A program made the position numbers and the translations under genes. A DNA stretch of 64,000 nucleotides, taken from Paragordius varius. Taxonomy: Eukaryota; Animalia; Nematomorpha. Under the pieces are notes generated by a model, which was given only the letters and a program-made list of their open reading frames with translations, made no database searches and was not told where the DNA came from. The stretch is from positions 7,750,001 through 7,814,000 of the forward strand of contig OZ176051.1 of assembly GCA_964247055.1 (NCBI GenBank), given 5' to 3'. Shown one piece after another: positions 48,901 to 62,844 of this stretch; within the stretch, counting starts at the first letter, position 1, and every line of letters begins with the position of its first letter.

Positions 48901-51900
48901 ATTTAATTAAAAAAAATCAATAACTACAGATATTTAAAAAGAAAAATTGTAAAATTATTTATTTATTATTTTAGGCTCATTATATTCCATAATCCACACG
49001 AATAGCAAGTTTGTAGGAAACTGCTCTTGTTGAACAACTCTAATTTAAAAATTAAAATCTTTTATATAAAAATAAAAAAAGTGTGTAGTAGCTTAGTTAC
49101 TAGGCCGGTTAACTTAAAAAAGCTCATATTGAGGGGGGTCCACTGTTCATTTGAATAGACCAATATTGGTGGAAATATGTAACCATGTTAAAATTAATAA
49201 ATAATGACGACAACTACATCCCAAAAATTAAAAAAAATTATTCCATTCGCTATTTCATGATTTCAAAGTACAAAATTTAAAATATTAACTTTCTCATCCG
49301 TGCCACCGTTCAAATTTTGTTCTGTGCCAGGTTTCTCAAGACTTATATTGTTTAGGAGTATCTCTAATGCATTTTTCACACATTCCGTGGCTTTAATATC
49401 CAAATAGTTTTCTAAACTCTTTTCAGCAAGATCAATATATGTTTCTGCCAATCCTGTATGTATAAAAAGCAAATTAAATAATTTTTTTATTTAATTATTT
49501 CACATAATATGCATATATCCATACGGTTAAAAAATTCTAAATTTATACCCATTAATGCAAGAGTGTAGCCAGGATTACGATCTAATATATCTTGAAAAGC
49601 AGAAATAGCCAATGAATGCGAACCCATTTTAAAATGCAACATTGCAAATTTGGTGTTTACGTAACATATTTCTTCGGTGTGCTCTTGTGTTTTAACAATA
49701 TTTTTATTATCATTACTAACATCATTCGATTTCCAGATTGGATGTTCTTGAAAAGCTTTGAGTGAAGCTTTGAAAGAGTTATTGTAATAATAGGCCTCAG
49801 CCAAACATTTCCATGATATTCTGTGATAAAATTCAAAATATGAAAAAGTTAAAACTATAATTTTCTTTAGTTAGTTTTAAACGGTTAAAAAAACCATAGA
49901 GCAATCTTATATAAATATTTATAAGAATTAATTGTGGAGTAACATAAAATATTTTTACTCATCATTCGGATCCTGATGAAAAACTTGTGTGAAAGAGTTG
50001 ATTGATTTTTCGTACAAACCCTTGTTAAGGTACAAAATTCCCAGGCGTCGATATAACCATGAAGTACTGATATATAAATATAAAATACAAAAGTTATCTA
50101 TTATACAATTAAATTTTAGACACGATTTCCAACTTAAATTTTTTCTTATCATTTTTTATTATTATAATTACAATAACGTGTTTTTCATATAATCTACTTA
50201 ATCATTAAAATACATTTTGAAAAATAATTTTTGAAAAAAATTGCATACAATAAAGTATGTTACCATTTCACATTCTACCAAATAAAAAAGATTTATCCAA
50301 GTTTAAAAATCGAAATCTAATTTTTACGCCCTAAGATATTGAAACCTGAACTAAAACTAACTTACTTTTATAAAAGTATGTGGTACCGTTTCAAATCTCC
50401 AATTTTATCATGTATATTAGACATAAATAAAGCTAACTAACTAATATTTACCAAGTATCTCGGGGTAAATTCTCATATACATCCACCATTTTTTGCAATA
50501 CATATCCGTATAAATCATTCATACGCAATTCAATCAACAAATTAGCCAATAATTGATTGGCCGGGAAAAAGTGATATTGATAAATTTCACAACACCTTTC
50601 CAGCAAATCTTTGGCTCCACTAAAGATTTATGTATGTTGAAATAATAGAGAAAAAAATATAATTAATAAAATGGTCATCATATTTTGCTGTTAATATGCA
50701 ACTTGGTTTATTTTCATAACTTTTTACGTTTCAAAGGTGTACTTAAAATGTTTAATATGGTAAATGCAATGTCGAAAAACATAATATTTTTCAATGATTT
50801 CAGCCGAATATACATAATCAAATTAAAATATATTATTTAACTCATCTATTTTGACTGACCAAAAGCTATATAATATGTAATCATAAAATAGACACAATCT
50901 TACTTTAATAAATTGAGACTGTTAGGATTGGTAAATATATTATTAAGGCTCCTCTCTACATTATTCGAATCTCCAGTTTCGTTCTCATTATCATAATCAT
51001 TGGTAATATCTGTTTTGAAAGTGAGACATGCCAAAAGTAAATAGGATTGTGCCATCAAATAATAGACATAAGGATTATATGTGTCCATTTGACTCATGCT
51101 AAATAGAGTTTCAAGAGTGTTTTCTATCGTAGCAGTAATAATTGTAAATTCCTGCGAAGTTTTATAATTATCCAAAATGTTAGATAAATCATTCAAATCT
51201 CTATGTTCAAGTGTAAGGAGTTTAAAGGATGATATAGCCAATGTACTAATATTATCACCATAATTATTTGAGAATAATTTTTGCAATATTTCATAAATCT
51301 TAAGGTGTATTCGTAAGAAATGTGCCGTAAAATATATGGGGAATGATAATGTATCTATTGCATCTGCGTTTAAATCCGTCAAATCTTCCAAGCTGTGAAA
51401 AATATAAACATTAAAATATAATGAAACAAAAAGTTTGATAATTTTATCGATGTGTATACAAATAATCTTTATGCATATAAAAATAATCTTTAAGGAATCG
51501 AAAACGAAAAAAAAATCGTGATAAAATTTGGGCAAATGGTTGTAATTTCAGGTCCAATATATAAAAATAAGGATAAATATTTTAATAGAATATATATGTA
51601 TAGCCGGGCAAGAAAAAATGTAACCCTCACAATTTTATCGTGCTTTATATTATCATTATTAATAAAATAAAATAAGAAAATATTAAAAATATGGCGCTAC
51701 TATTGTATTAAATATGCAAAAAATTAGTAAATAAAATATTTGCAAACTGTTACCCATATTTCAGTTCTAAAATGTAATGGTTTTTAAAACCTCTTTTTTT
51801 CCAACAATATACAGCAGCAAATGGTTCCGGTTCTGTTCGCTAGTTCAAATCAACCAAAAAAACCGCAAAAAAACTTATATTAGTATAAAAATTACCATTT

Positions 51901-54900
51901 ATTTGCTTCACTGCAATGGCCTAAATTATAAAAACAGATTCCCCTCACGGCAGATATGGGAGTGATCTCTTGATTTATATATTCAACCATTATTTCATCC
52001 AAAAGCTAAAAAATTAAAAAAATTTCCAAAAACAAAAACTATCTATAAAGCTATGCCAATTATAATCGTATCTCTATTTTTGATTACAGTAAAAATTAGG
52101 TTAATAACTAATATTTTATTAAAACCGCATATTCTCCAACCTCAGTTTTTTTCATATATTATTGTTTTTCTTGGAAATAAAAATTGGTAACTGATTCAAA
52201 TTATTTTATACCAATCATAATTATATAAAAACGTGGATCTAAAAATATTAGTTTCTCTTACTTTAAAAATTTAATTAAATTCGAAAAATATTGATTAACT
52301 TTATGATGTAAAAAAAAGATAAAACTTGTATGCATTGACTTTCCAAATTTAGTTGGGAATAACAGATGGCCAGTAGAAATTCGATTTGTAACCTTTGTTC
52401 CTCATGAAATAATTTGTTTTCTCGTATCTAACAAAATAATATTTTTTTTGCAGATAATTTTTTTGGCCACATATTATTAGATAAAAATTTATTCTACTAA
52501 AAAATTTTAATTATACCCCTGTTAAATTAACCAAATTTTACAAAAAATCGAAAACATTGGATTGTTATATGTAATTAAAAATTTGCATTAATTTTTAAAT
52601 TAACACATTACATATAGATTTTACACTTTAAATTCCTCAATTTTCCAATTTAATTTCCAAAAAATAATTAAAGCTTTATCTTAACATAAAACTATTTAGG
52701 GGTGGGAGTCTTAATAAAAAACAAGAATATAAATTCACTTTCAATAATTCAGTTAAGGCTTTGGTATAATATCGTTTACAATCAATTTTCTGTTCCAACC
52801 AAATACGACACCTCAAAACTGCTAAATTCTCCCAGAATATTGCTTCATAGACTAAACATGGTATTTCCTTTAGGGCAAGAGCTACAAAAAAATAATTATC
52901 ATATATATCCAAAATTTTTGTAAAAAAACTTTGATTATTATAATTTTTTTGTATATATTTGCAATATGAAACCAATAATGTAAAGGTCGACAAAAAGAGA
53001 GGCGTAAATTAGGTCCTTAGAATTATAGTTAAAATTATGGATGACAATCGATAAAAAGGTAAAATATTGTAAGAAAATAGGCTAAATTAAAATGATACAT
53101 AATTTTTATATTTACACCATATATAATGGGCAGATTTGAATCAAGTGTTCAAAATGACATATACATAATATATATTTAAATTTTTTTAATTCTTTTATAT
53201 GGCAAAAAACTTTTAAGTAATTATCTATTTCTACTATAGATTGCTAAGTAAAACTTTATTATATTATTGTATGTATAATTAATATGTTTGGCATCTTCAA
53301 ATTTTTTAAGTGAACGTGAAACAGCTCTTTAAGACATTCCTTCGCGTTATATTGCTTAATCCCTTTAGTAGCTAGATATTTTAAAATTAAAAACACATTC
53401 TTGACGCAATCTAAAAAATTATATCCCGAAAAAAATGGTATGGTAAAAAAATATTGGCTCTACCCCTAGTGTTTTAATATTTATTCATTAATAAAATTAT
53501 GTAAACAAGTATGGTAAATTTTAAACACTAATTAAATTACCAACATACTACGAATTTCTAAATTTAGTTTAACCAATACTAAAATATATAATATAGGCTC
53601 ACACTACGTTAAATTTTTAATAATTATCAAAATTTCTAAATTATGTAAAGATTTATGCATTTGTGTGTTTTGATATCCTTTATACCTTCGTCCAATATTT
53701 TATCAGCATTAGCAAGATCGTGAACACGAAAATATATAAGAGCCATGTAATAAAATATTTCTGGCCCATTGTCCAACGTGTCATCATTGTAAACTGTAAT
53801 AAGTGTGTTGTATAAATATACGATTATTTCTAAATTTTAGTTTTAATAATATTTTGGTCTTTAAAAAAATTATATAAATATTAAAAAACAATTTTTATGC
53901 AAGTTATAGGATACCGATGAAGTTTAGAAAATATATTTAATACATTTTCATCTAAATTCAAAAACCACCTAGCCAATTCATTAATATTTTCATTCTAAAG
54001 GCGATGAAAAAATATTTAAGCAAATTATTTAAAATAAAGTTATGGTATATGATTTTATGTTAGAATCAATAGCAAACGAACATTTTTTGTCAGGTCAATT
54101 TAAACAGGGCGCATATTAATTTTCCTTTATTAAAAAATTTTATTAAAAATTAGATTTTCTTTATCATAATTCCTATAAATAAATCATAAATACCATCAAG
54201 TAAGGCATTCAATGCATTAGCATAATCTAATTGATGAATTAATTCATAGGCTAATACAACTTTGGACAGGGATTGAATACTAACATATTCATTTGTGAAG
54301 TGCGACAATCTACTCCATATACTTTCGCATTCAGGGTGATTTGTCAAGAAATTATCTAATAATATATAAATATTAGTAGATAAAGGATATAAAACATCAT
54401 CAAGATTTCATCAAAAACTTAAAAAAATTTATTAAAGTTAATCCGTGGAGAAATATAATGGAATTATTATAATGGGCTTTCAACATATTAATTTTTGAAA
54501 AAAGATGTTTATTTTTGAACACATCATAATAAAATTTTTATCCTTTATATTTTCAAACATTGTAAGTTATTATTATCCTCGCCAATACAAATTACCCAAC
54601 TAAATAAGATTGTTGACACCTATCAAATATAATTTATTAAATTAAACACTGTTTATAACCCTTATTTATTGTAATATCTATTATTAATATAAAGCAACAT
54701 TTGACAAGTAGTTATAGGTCTTTTATAAAGTAACTGATGTACATTTTATTAAATATTTCTTATTCATTTTTAACTGTCAATTAAAAAATATATATTTCAA
54801 AATTTAGTTTAATTAAAAAAAAATACCAGGATCTTCATACATATACACTTTGAACAAGCATTCCAATGCAATATAATCGTTTTCATCCAAGTTTAGTAAA

Positions 54901-55334
54901 AGTTCACATGCATCAATCAACGTTGAAGAATCAGAAAAACGTGATAAAAGTTTCAGGCATTCATGTGCTATTGAGAAAAAATTCGGATTCTCTGAGTTAT
55001 TATCTGTTAAAAGATAATCTTTAGCGGCAGTAATTATCTTAAAAATTAGAAAATTCAATACATCATCCTTATAATTTTCCAAATCCATATATTTAAAATT
55101 ATCTATGACCTTTTCAAGATAATTTTCATTTTTGATTTTCTCAACCTTATCTTTCAAAATTTTATAAGCCTTATATATAACTAAATAATTTTTTACATAT
55201 TCATAGCACATATATTCTTGTAGTAAGTTAACTAAATCATTTAACTCATTGCCAGATAAATCTTTATTTGCCTCGTAAAATTTCTGAAATTCTGCCAAAA
55301 TTTGATTTTTATCATATATTTTTGATAACGTATC
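38588..55334 (-). CDS. TTC37: Tetratricopeptide repeat protein 37 / superkiller complex protein 3 (SKI3), multi-exon, both ends uncertain
   Basis: Ordered exon matches to the TTC37 sequence as I recall it: TLIDACELLLNL (54827-55334), WLYRRLGILYL...DPNDEISWKCLAEAY (~49.5-50.1 kb), FQDILDRNPGYTLALMGLAETYIDLAEKSLENYLD, YWLLLSKGCCLL (~48.5 kb), SFQRSIDIAP...SNLGILYL (~46.5 kb), FTKAQINDPKYPFSWMGQATLAE...DLYQHT (~45.9 kb). N-terminal exons not found; last exon tentative. Confidence 0.8.
41355..41547. mobile_element. Palindromic Tc1/mariner-type MITE (intronic)
   Basis: TA flanks; ends CAGTATGAGTAA...GTATACATT / AATGTATAC...TTACTCATACTG; the whole 193 bp folds back. Confidence 0.8.
48811..49145. 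mobile_element. Possible Tigger/pogo-like MITE (intronic)
   Basis: ATGGACCCCGGCTTATAAT on the left and GGGGGGTCCACTG on the right; weak identity. Confidence 0.3.
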
Positions 55335-57114
55335 CTATATTTATTAAATATTTAAACCTTTAATAACTCCATGTGCTTATCATATGTATTTTATAGTTTA
55401 ACATTAAAATGTTCATATCGGGTAGAAATATATCATGTAGTTGTAATATCGCATATTGGGAAATTATAATTTTACTGATATGACATAGAAACTAAAATAA
55501 GATATAAGCTGTCATACTCGTTTTAATTTTTAGACACCAGATAATTTTTTTTGCTTTAGGAGTAAGGGATCTTTCAAAGCTCTAACTTCCAAATAATTAG
55601 TTTTACCATAAAAATGGTTAATAAAAATAAACTACTTTTTCTGTTTAAGGCAATGTTAAATGTAATTTTAATAAAAAACAATTTAATTTTAGCCTTGGAA
55701 TCATTTAAACACGATATTTTGCAAAAATGTTGATAAAAATGGCATCCAGGTAATTTGATATAAACTTTTTTTCCAAAACTCAATGATATTTTGGTGAATC
55801 TATATATTTTTTATTAGGATAGAAGCATAAATTTAAATCGGAACCGTTTCTTTCAGTAGTTTTTTTAAATATCAATTTAAATATCTGAAGCTACTAGATA
55901 CCCCAATTTGAAGTGTTAAAATGTAATTACTAAAATTTAAACAATGTTCGAGTTCATCAATTAAATAATAAGCAAATTATGAACAATGATGAGGTAGGCT
56001 GTTTGTAGTAGAGTCTAACACCAAAACACGATTGAAACATACAGCTGATATTAAAATCATAATATATCAGGTTTTTGCTGGTAGGTAGCCTAAAAGTTTT
56101 TTTATATTTGCATTTTTCAACCGTAGTCAGTTATTTGTCTGTTGCAACAGCGATTTAAAAATAATATAAAAAAACATGGCGGAAAAAAGTTTGATATGAG
56201 GCTTTTTTACAATTTTAGATTTTTGGAAAAAAATTGTATTATGCGCCTAAAAGGCCAAAGAGAGCCTTTTTTAAATTCCGCTTAATACCTTAAAAACTTT
56301 ATATTGAAAGTACAAATCTCGCAGAGATATAAAACTACCTCAAGGAATAATAATTAATATAAAAATACAATACATTCAAAATAAATAATTATAATTTAGG
56401 AATTTTTTATGTGATTGCGTATAATAAAATGGATTTAGCAAACGTATGAAATTAAATTATTAACAAAATTATTGTTTCTTTTTACCCCGACTGAACCATT
56501 TGACCAATAAAGTATAATAAACCTTTGTTTTTTAGCTTAGACTGAGAAAATTATTTAATTTTTGCACGTGTCATTTTTTTAAAATGTGTAAATAAAATAT
56601 GATGGCTGTTTGGCGTATTTATATTCCTAATATATTTTCGATTGTACCGCATTGAACTATTTTTGGTTTTTACATCCCCATCACAAAATCTACCTATAAC
56701 TGTCTCAAAGAGTGAGACGTCATTTTTCTGTTTATTTAGGGTCGTTCGCATCATGGGTAGAAACTACCATCTTTTCGTAAAAAAATCACAATGCATATGA
56801 ATCAAGGGACCCAAACTACTTTTTAACGCACTTAGATATAAAATACTAATATTTTTCCATTTAACTTGAGCTAATATATATGAGTCTAATATTAAAAAAT
56901 GAACAGTTATATAAAATTAATTTTAAAAATTGAAGCAGTGTTTTTACAAAAATAATATATATATTATTGGTTTTTATATGACCTCCCTATTGAGCGCACT
57001 ATGGTTTTTGAAATCCCTTTCAATTAATTAATATTCTGTAGTAAAAAAAATGTGGTTAACATATAATAAGCCAGTACAAAATTTCATAGTTTTTGCATTG
57101 ACAATTTGGAAAGT

Positions 57115-57240
57115 GATAAAATTTCGTCTATCCAACGAATACGTCTTCCTCCTCTCCTCTCTTGCCATTTACTCACATTCTATCCATTTTCAAAGAATGT
57201 CCTCGACGACAGAACCGAATTGCGGAAGCCTTTCTATAAA
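57115..57240 (-). pseudogene. RTE LINE 3' fragment
   Basis: Frameshifted ...HSLK.WI..VNGKRG...GRRIRWIDE, similar to the C-terminus at 60230-60330. Confidence 0.55.
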
Positions 57241-60124
57241 ATCGCTAGTCGATAATCGATTACAAGCCAAGAACGAAATATAATCAAAAGCTATATAAAA
57301 ATTATAATTAAATATCGCTTTAAACAAATTAAATAAATACCCTAAAATGTTTAAATGATCCGTTACATTTTCCGATTGCATATAAGTAAGCTTTCTGACT
57401 GTTCTTTGAGTGCTTAATTATATTGGCCAAAATAGCTTAAACAATATTGTACTTCTCAAATTTAATCCGATATTTCTAAAAAATCTGTTTCAAAGTATTG
57501 CTGACACTCCTTCTTTTAAAAAATTTTATTCGAAGATTTTAAAAGCTCAGATATTTGCGCCCTCGACAACTTTTTATACTTATTGATGCAAAAAGGCGTT
57601 GAGATTTTAGGGAGTGTAGTAAACCTGAAAATAAATTTGACCCAGCTGAAAAATGATAATATAAAAATATTACCAATATTTATAATTGAATTATTTTTTT
57701 TATATATTTTATTATTAGCAAGCCTATTTGGTATTACTAAACCTAAAACAATGACCTTTAAGGTTAATATCCATTTATATTATGGATTTATTTAAACGTT
57801 AACAAAATACTAAAAACATCAACTAAACCGAAATTTTCTTATAAATTTGCACATTTTTTATTCAAATAAATGAAAGGAACAACAATGATAATATTGGTCG
57901 GACTTCTGACCGTATATGATTTATTTATTTAGATATCTTTATTTAGCCTCAATACATATTCCAGGAACCTGAAAGGATCAGTTTATCAAACAAATTTGTT
58001 AAGAAAAACAGCTAGAAGTAAATTAGAAAACAACAAGCACATTTAAATATTTTTTCCTAATACATTTATTTTTATAACAAAACTCTTTTTTTAGATAAAA
58101 TATTATCAATGAGAACGAATATTTTATGTTAAAATAATAATTCAAATTCTTGTAAAATTTATTAAATTATATATATCCAACATTTTCAATACATAGTAGT
58201 ATCTTTATCAATATGTATTATAGATTTGAAAAAAAATATAAAATGTAATGTCCAAGTGATTTTCTTTCTTATTTTTACGTGGTTGTAAATATCTTGAAAT
58301 AATGTGTTACTTTTGGGCACGCGTTGGTGACATTATAAAATTTTTTTCTTTTTTTTATTCTTAAAACATAAGACACACCTTCGCCCCAGCACCCATTATA
58401 GCACAAGCCGAAAATTTGGAGGCTAATTACATCCACTCAAATATTAAATTATTAACAGAAGAGAAAAAAGAAAAGACTTAAATAATGTCACCAAAGCTTT
58501 CCTAAAAGTAATCGATTATTTCAAGATATTTACGACACGTAGAACATGGACATTGAGCACTTTATATTTTTTCATCATAAGCATAATTTTTTTTTAGATA
58601 TTGCTACAGTTACTGTTAATCCGGCTTTTTTCGAATATGGGAATTTAACATGTTACAATGGCACCGTTATAATTTGTTTTATGACACAAAATCGAACAAA
58701 TAATTAAATTATTGAACAAAAAAAAAATTAATGGTAAACTTATTTGCTCTATCAGACACACTCATATTTCTTGCAGATCATCTGAATTATGACATATAAA
58801 ACACTTTTTATTTATTTTTTAATAATTCAATTTCATCAAACGCTCTTATGGTGTAAAATCAACTAAATCAGAGTGTCTGAGTTAATGTTTATAGATACTT
58901 GAGTTAAACTTTTATTTGTAAAAAACACGGGGTGTTTGCAAATTTTTTGAATCGATATGGTATATTTATTGGAAAAAATTGAAAAAAATCCTTCTTATGC
59001 GAAAAACTAAAATCCAAAATTTTTTTTACAACATATGTTTATGGCATAAAACATGTGACCTTTTAAAATGTAAATTTTAAAAATTACCATTAGGGATACC
59101 AAAATAAACTTTAGCAAACATTGAAATATGTGTGTTTTATAAAAAGCGATTTTATTCTATAACCGATTACATAATAATTGCTGAAGAATGAATATTTGGT
59201 AAAGTTTTAGTTAACGCGAAAAAAATGTTTTAGAATATTTATAGCTTCCAATGGTATTGGACAAAAAAGTCACAATATCTACTTTTAAATAAAGGTAGAA
59301 AGGATAGTATAAAATAATTCACAGTTATAGATTTTATTAACAATATTCCAAAATCATTTTTTTTAGTAATTTTCTGAAAAACATGTATGCCCATTAATTT
59401 TATTAAACTTTCCGATTATGGTACAAAATAAATGCAAAAAATCTAATAAACTGTGATGATCCTTATTTTGTTGGAACGCCTAATTTTACGCTAGTAAGGT
59501 TTATATTTAGAACGGGACTGCTCAAAATTTGAGATGTAAATATTATAATGCATTCTAAAACCTTATATATATATAAATCTATTCAATAAAGGTATATAAT
59601 ATTACAAATAATTTTGGCTGTGTATGCACACAAACAGAGCCACAAAAATCCAGAATTATATATACTATTTAAAATTATAAAGATTTTGGCTTACGAATCA
59701 TATCAGTGAATTCAAACAATTTTGTAGCAATTAAATCCTAAATTAGTCAATTTAGAACATTATCCTAAATATTAATGGAAGCTAAATGCCAAATTTAATT
59801 AATAATATACAGGGCGTCCAAAATCGGGCGATAAAAATAATCTGTTAAATATATATATTCTGATAGAAAAAAGTATCAGGTTATGGTGCTTTTGGTTTGG
59901 GCACTTAGATAGTATACACCTTTGTGGTAAGCGATCCATATGATAAAATGACAAAATCTGCGAACATTTTTTTAAATAAAATATTTTTGGGGATAGCTAG
60001 AGGCTTCATTCCAGAAATCACAAAAATAAATTATAAACTACTTTTAAAAGCAAAACAATATTTTAAAATAAAATTTTTATATAAGGGGAGTCCCAAATTT
60101 TTTGCTCATTTAAAATGGGCTAAT

Positions 60125-61082
60125 TCTCTTATTATTGTAGCAAAGATCGTTGTCGATTTATTGCTTTTTCGAAGGTGTATTTTCTCCAGTTTATTCGATT
60201 GTGAGTGAGTGATGTTAACTGTTGTAAAGAGAGTTTGGTTTCTTTGGTTAGGTTTTCAATCCAGCGCATCTTGCAGCGTCCACGTTTCCTGGATCCTTCA
60301 ACCTTGCCTGTCAATAGTTGGAATTCCAAGTCATTAGCTCTGGTAATGTGACCAAAGTAAGATAATTTCATTTTGAGGCACATGCCAATCAAGTGTATCT
60401 CGGGGTTTATTTTTTCAAGGATTACAGTGTTTTTTGCTTTATCATTCCAAGTGATTTGAAGTGCCTTCCGCCAGCACCAGATTTCGAAGGCGTTAATGTA
60501 TTTTTCGTCTGTCTTTTTTATTGTCCAGCTTTCTGATGCATATAGCATGCAAGGAAATATTAGGGCTTTAACTAAACGGATTTTTGTTTTTAGTTTGATG
60601 TCGTGTGATGTCCATACTTTATTATATTTTATCATTTTTGTCTTTGCAATTCCTTTTCTCCTTTTAATGTCTGGGGTGCTGTTGTTCGTTGTATTTATAA
60701 GACTGCCTAGGTAAGTGTATTGGGACACTACTTCTATTTGTTGGTTGTGAAAAGATAAGTTGTTATAATGGTTATGAGCGTTTATAGTCATGATTTTAGT
60801 TTTTTTGAAATTGATCGTCAGTCCAAATTTTTGACATTCGTTTGAGAATTCAGTTAGGAGTTTTTTCAGGTTGTCCACTGAGTTTGACAGCAGTATGGTG
60901 TCATCAGCATAATGGAGTAATGATATAATATTGCCGGCAATGCTTATACCATTAGTTTTATCTATGTTCCGTAATACACTTTCTATGCAGACGTTAAACA
61001 GAAAAGGTGAGAGGACACAACCTTGTCTTAGACCGTTGTTCATTTGTACCCAATTGCTTATGCCATGTGGGGTTTTTATGTT
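60125..61082 (-). mobile_element. RTE-clade LINE, 3' half (reverse transcriptase C-terminal part)
   Basis: GLRQGCVLSPFLFN, LHYADDTILL, YTYLGS, LYASESWT, AFEIWCWRKALQITW, SYFGHITR, GKVEGSRKRGRCKMRW; open for 303 aa. Confidence 0.92.
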
Positions 61083-61089
61083 TAGTAAA

Positions 61090-62844
61090 GAATTGGAATA
61101 AAGAGATTTACGGTAATGATGGAGGTGGGAAAGGCTTAGTATGCCTACCTTCCTGAAGAAGTACCAATTATTTTTGAAGATGTATTTTTTCTCTTTTTTC
61201 GACAGTATTAATGAAAGCCTTTATCCAATGCATTTGACAAGAATTTATCAACCATTTCTCTACTTTTATCTGATCCCCCTACAACTTTACTCTTAAGAAA
61301 ACACAAACTAAAAATTCAATTGTCCACAAAATATCATTTATTATTCAAAATACAACTCATTTTTTTCCCTCATATCCTTCATCATAAACCTATCGATTGC
61401 TAATCACATCCTCCATATTCTCTACATCTAAATTAACTAAATTCAGACAATGACTGTTCCGAAAAAAACTAATTCCTGTGATGTGCCTTTACGCATTGGC
61501 ACGTGGAACTCTCGCGGCACTACCAACGAAATCGAAGTTATCATAAAAGAAATGGTGAAACTCAACATAAGTATATTAGGAATAGCAGAATCCCACATTC
61601 CGTTAAACGGCCACATAGAATATGAAAATCACATCCTATTATACTCAGGTCATGATACTCTTAAACGAAACGGTGTGGCCCTATTAGTAACCAAATCAAT
61701 CGCCAACGCATCCGAAATTCACCACCCACACAGCGATCGCATAATATCACTTCGACTCGTCTCCACAACCAATAACGATATTCCAAATCTATGCCCCTAC
61801 CAACTCTAACAACGAAGAGGACTCCGACCAATTTTACGAGGATCCCAGTTCAGCTATTGAGAAAGTTCCTAAAAAAGACATGATATTTGTTTTGGGCGAC
61901 TTTAACGCGATAGTAGGTAACGATAATACACATCAAATCACTGGTGGGAAAGGATTGGGAAACAAAAACGATAGAGGCGATCGCCTCATAGAATTTTGCA
62001 GTGAACACAAATTATTCATATCAAACTCCTTTTTCCAACAACCTAAGCGAAGGCTATACACATGGATATCACCTTGCAAGAAGCACAGAAACCAAATTGA
62101 CTTTATCTCGGTATTCAAAAATATAAATCTACCTTTATGAACGTAAAAACTTACCCTGGTTCTGACTGCTATTCTGATCATAATCTCCTTGTAGCTAAAC
62201 TAAAAATTAAAACAGTTTTCTCACGCAACCAAAATTTCAGCATAAACCCAAATTAGATTTCTCTGCGATCTCCCCCGAGTGTCCTTTGTTACTTGAAAAC
62301 AGATTTAAAACACTCGAAATAGACGATGACGCTGAAAATCTTTGGAAAACAATACAAAATATCACTAGCACTACAGCCAAAGAATGCATCCCTATCCAAA
62401 AATCCCATCTTAACAAAATTAAGCTATCACAAAAAAGTTTAGATTTGGCGGACAAACGGCGCCAAGCTAAACGCAATAATAATATGGCAGAGTACAAATC
62501 ACTTAACGCAGAGTTCCAAAAAAGCGCTCGGGAAGACAAAAACGATCACTACAATCAGCTGTGCTTAAAACTAGAAAACGCTGCTAAACATAACAACAAC
62601 TACTTTGCTGAAGTAGATCACATTGCTCCACGTAGGTCTAAAATCTACAAAGGCCCAATGAGAAAGGAAGACGGAGATATCATCACAGACAAGAAAAGAC
62701 TGGTGGAACAATGGGAACAATATGTATTAAAACAATACGGCTCCAGTCCAACGAACGCCGATAAAAACAGTAAGATCTATCAACATGACCCACCGATCAT
62801 CAAAGAGGAAGTTGAATGGGCGCTTAACCATTCCCCAAACAACA
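61090..62844 (+). mobile_element. RTE-clade LINE, 5' half (5' UTR, AP endonuclease, linker), frameshifted
   Basis: LRIGTWN, ILGIAE, NGVALLV, SDRIISLRL, YAPT, VLGDFNAIVG, YTWISP, NQIDFI, SDHNLL, IIKEEVEWAL; homology stops at SPNN. Confidence 0.9.

Noticed and set aside
48975-49039. Candidate TTC37 exon inside the Tigger-like ends
   Set aside because: There is an in-frame stop in the required phase, and the flanking exons (ending 49290, resuming near 48575) already join in phase 0 with TTC37-like sequence.
57190-57381. ORF as the first exon of TTC37
   Set aside because: It overlaps an RTE 3' fragment and shows no TPR-like similarity.
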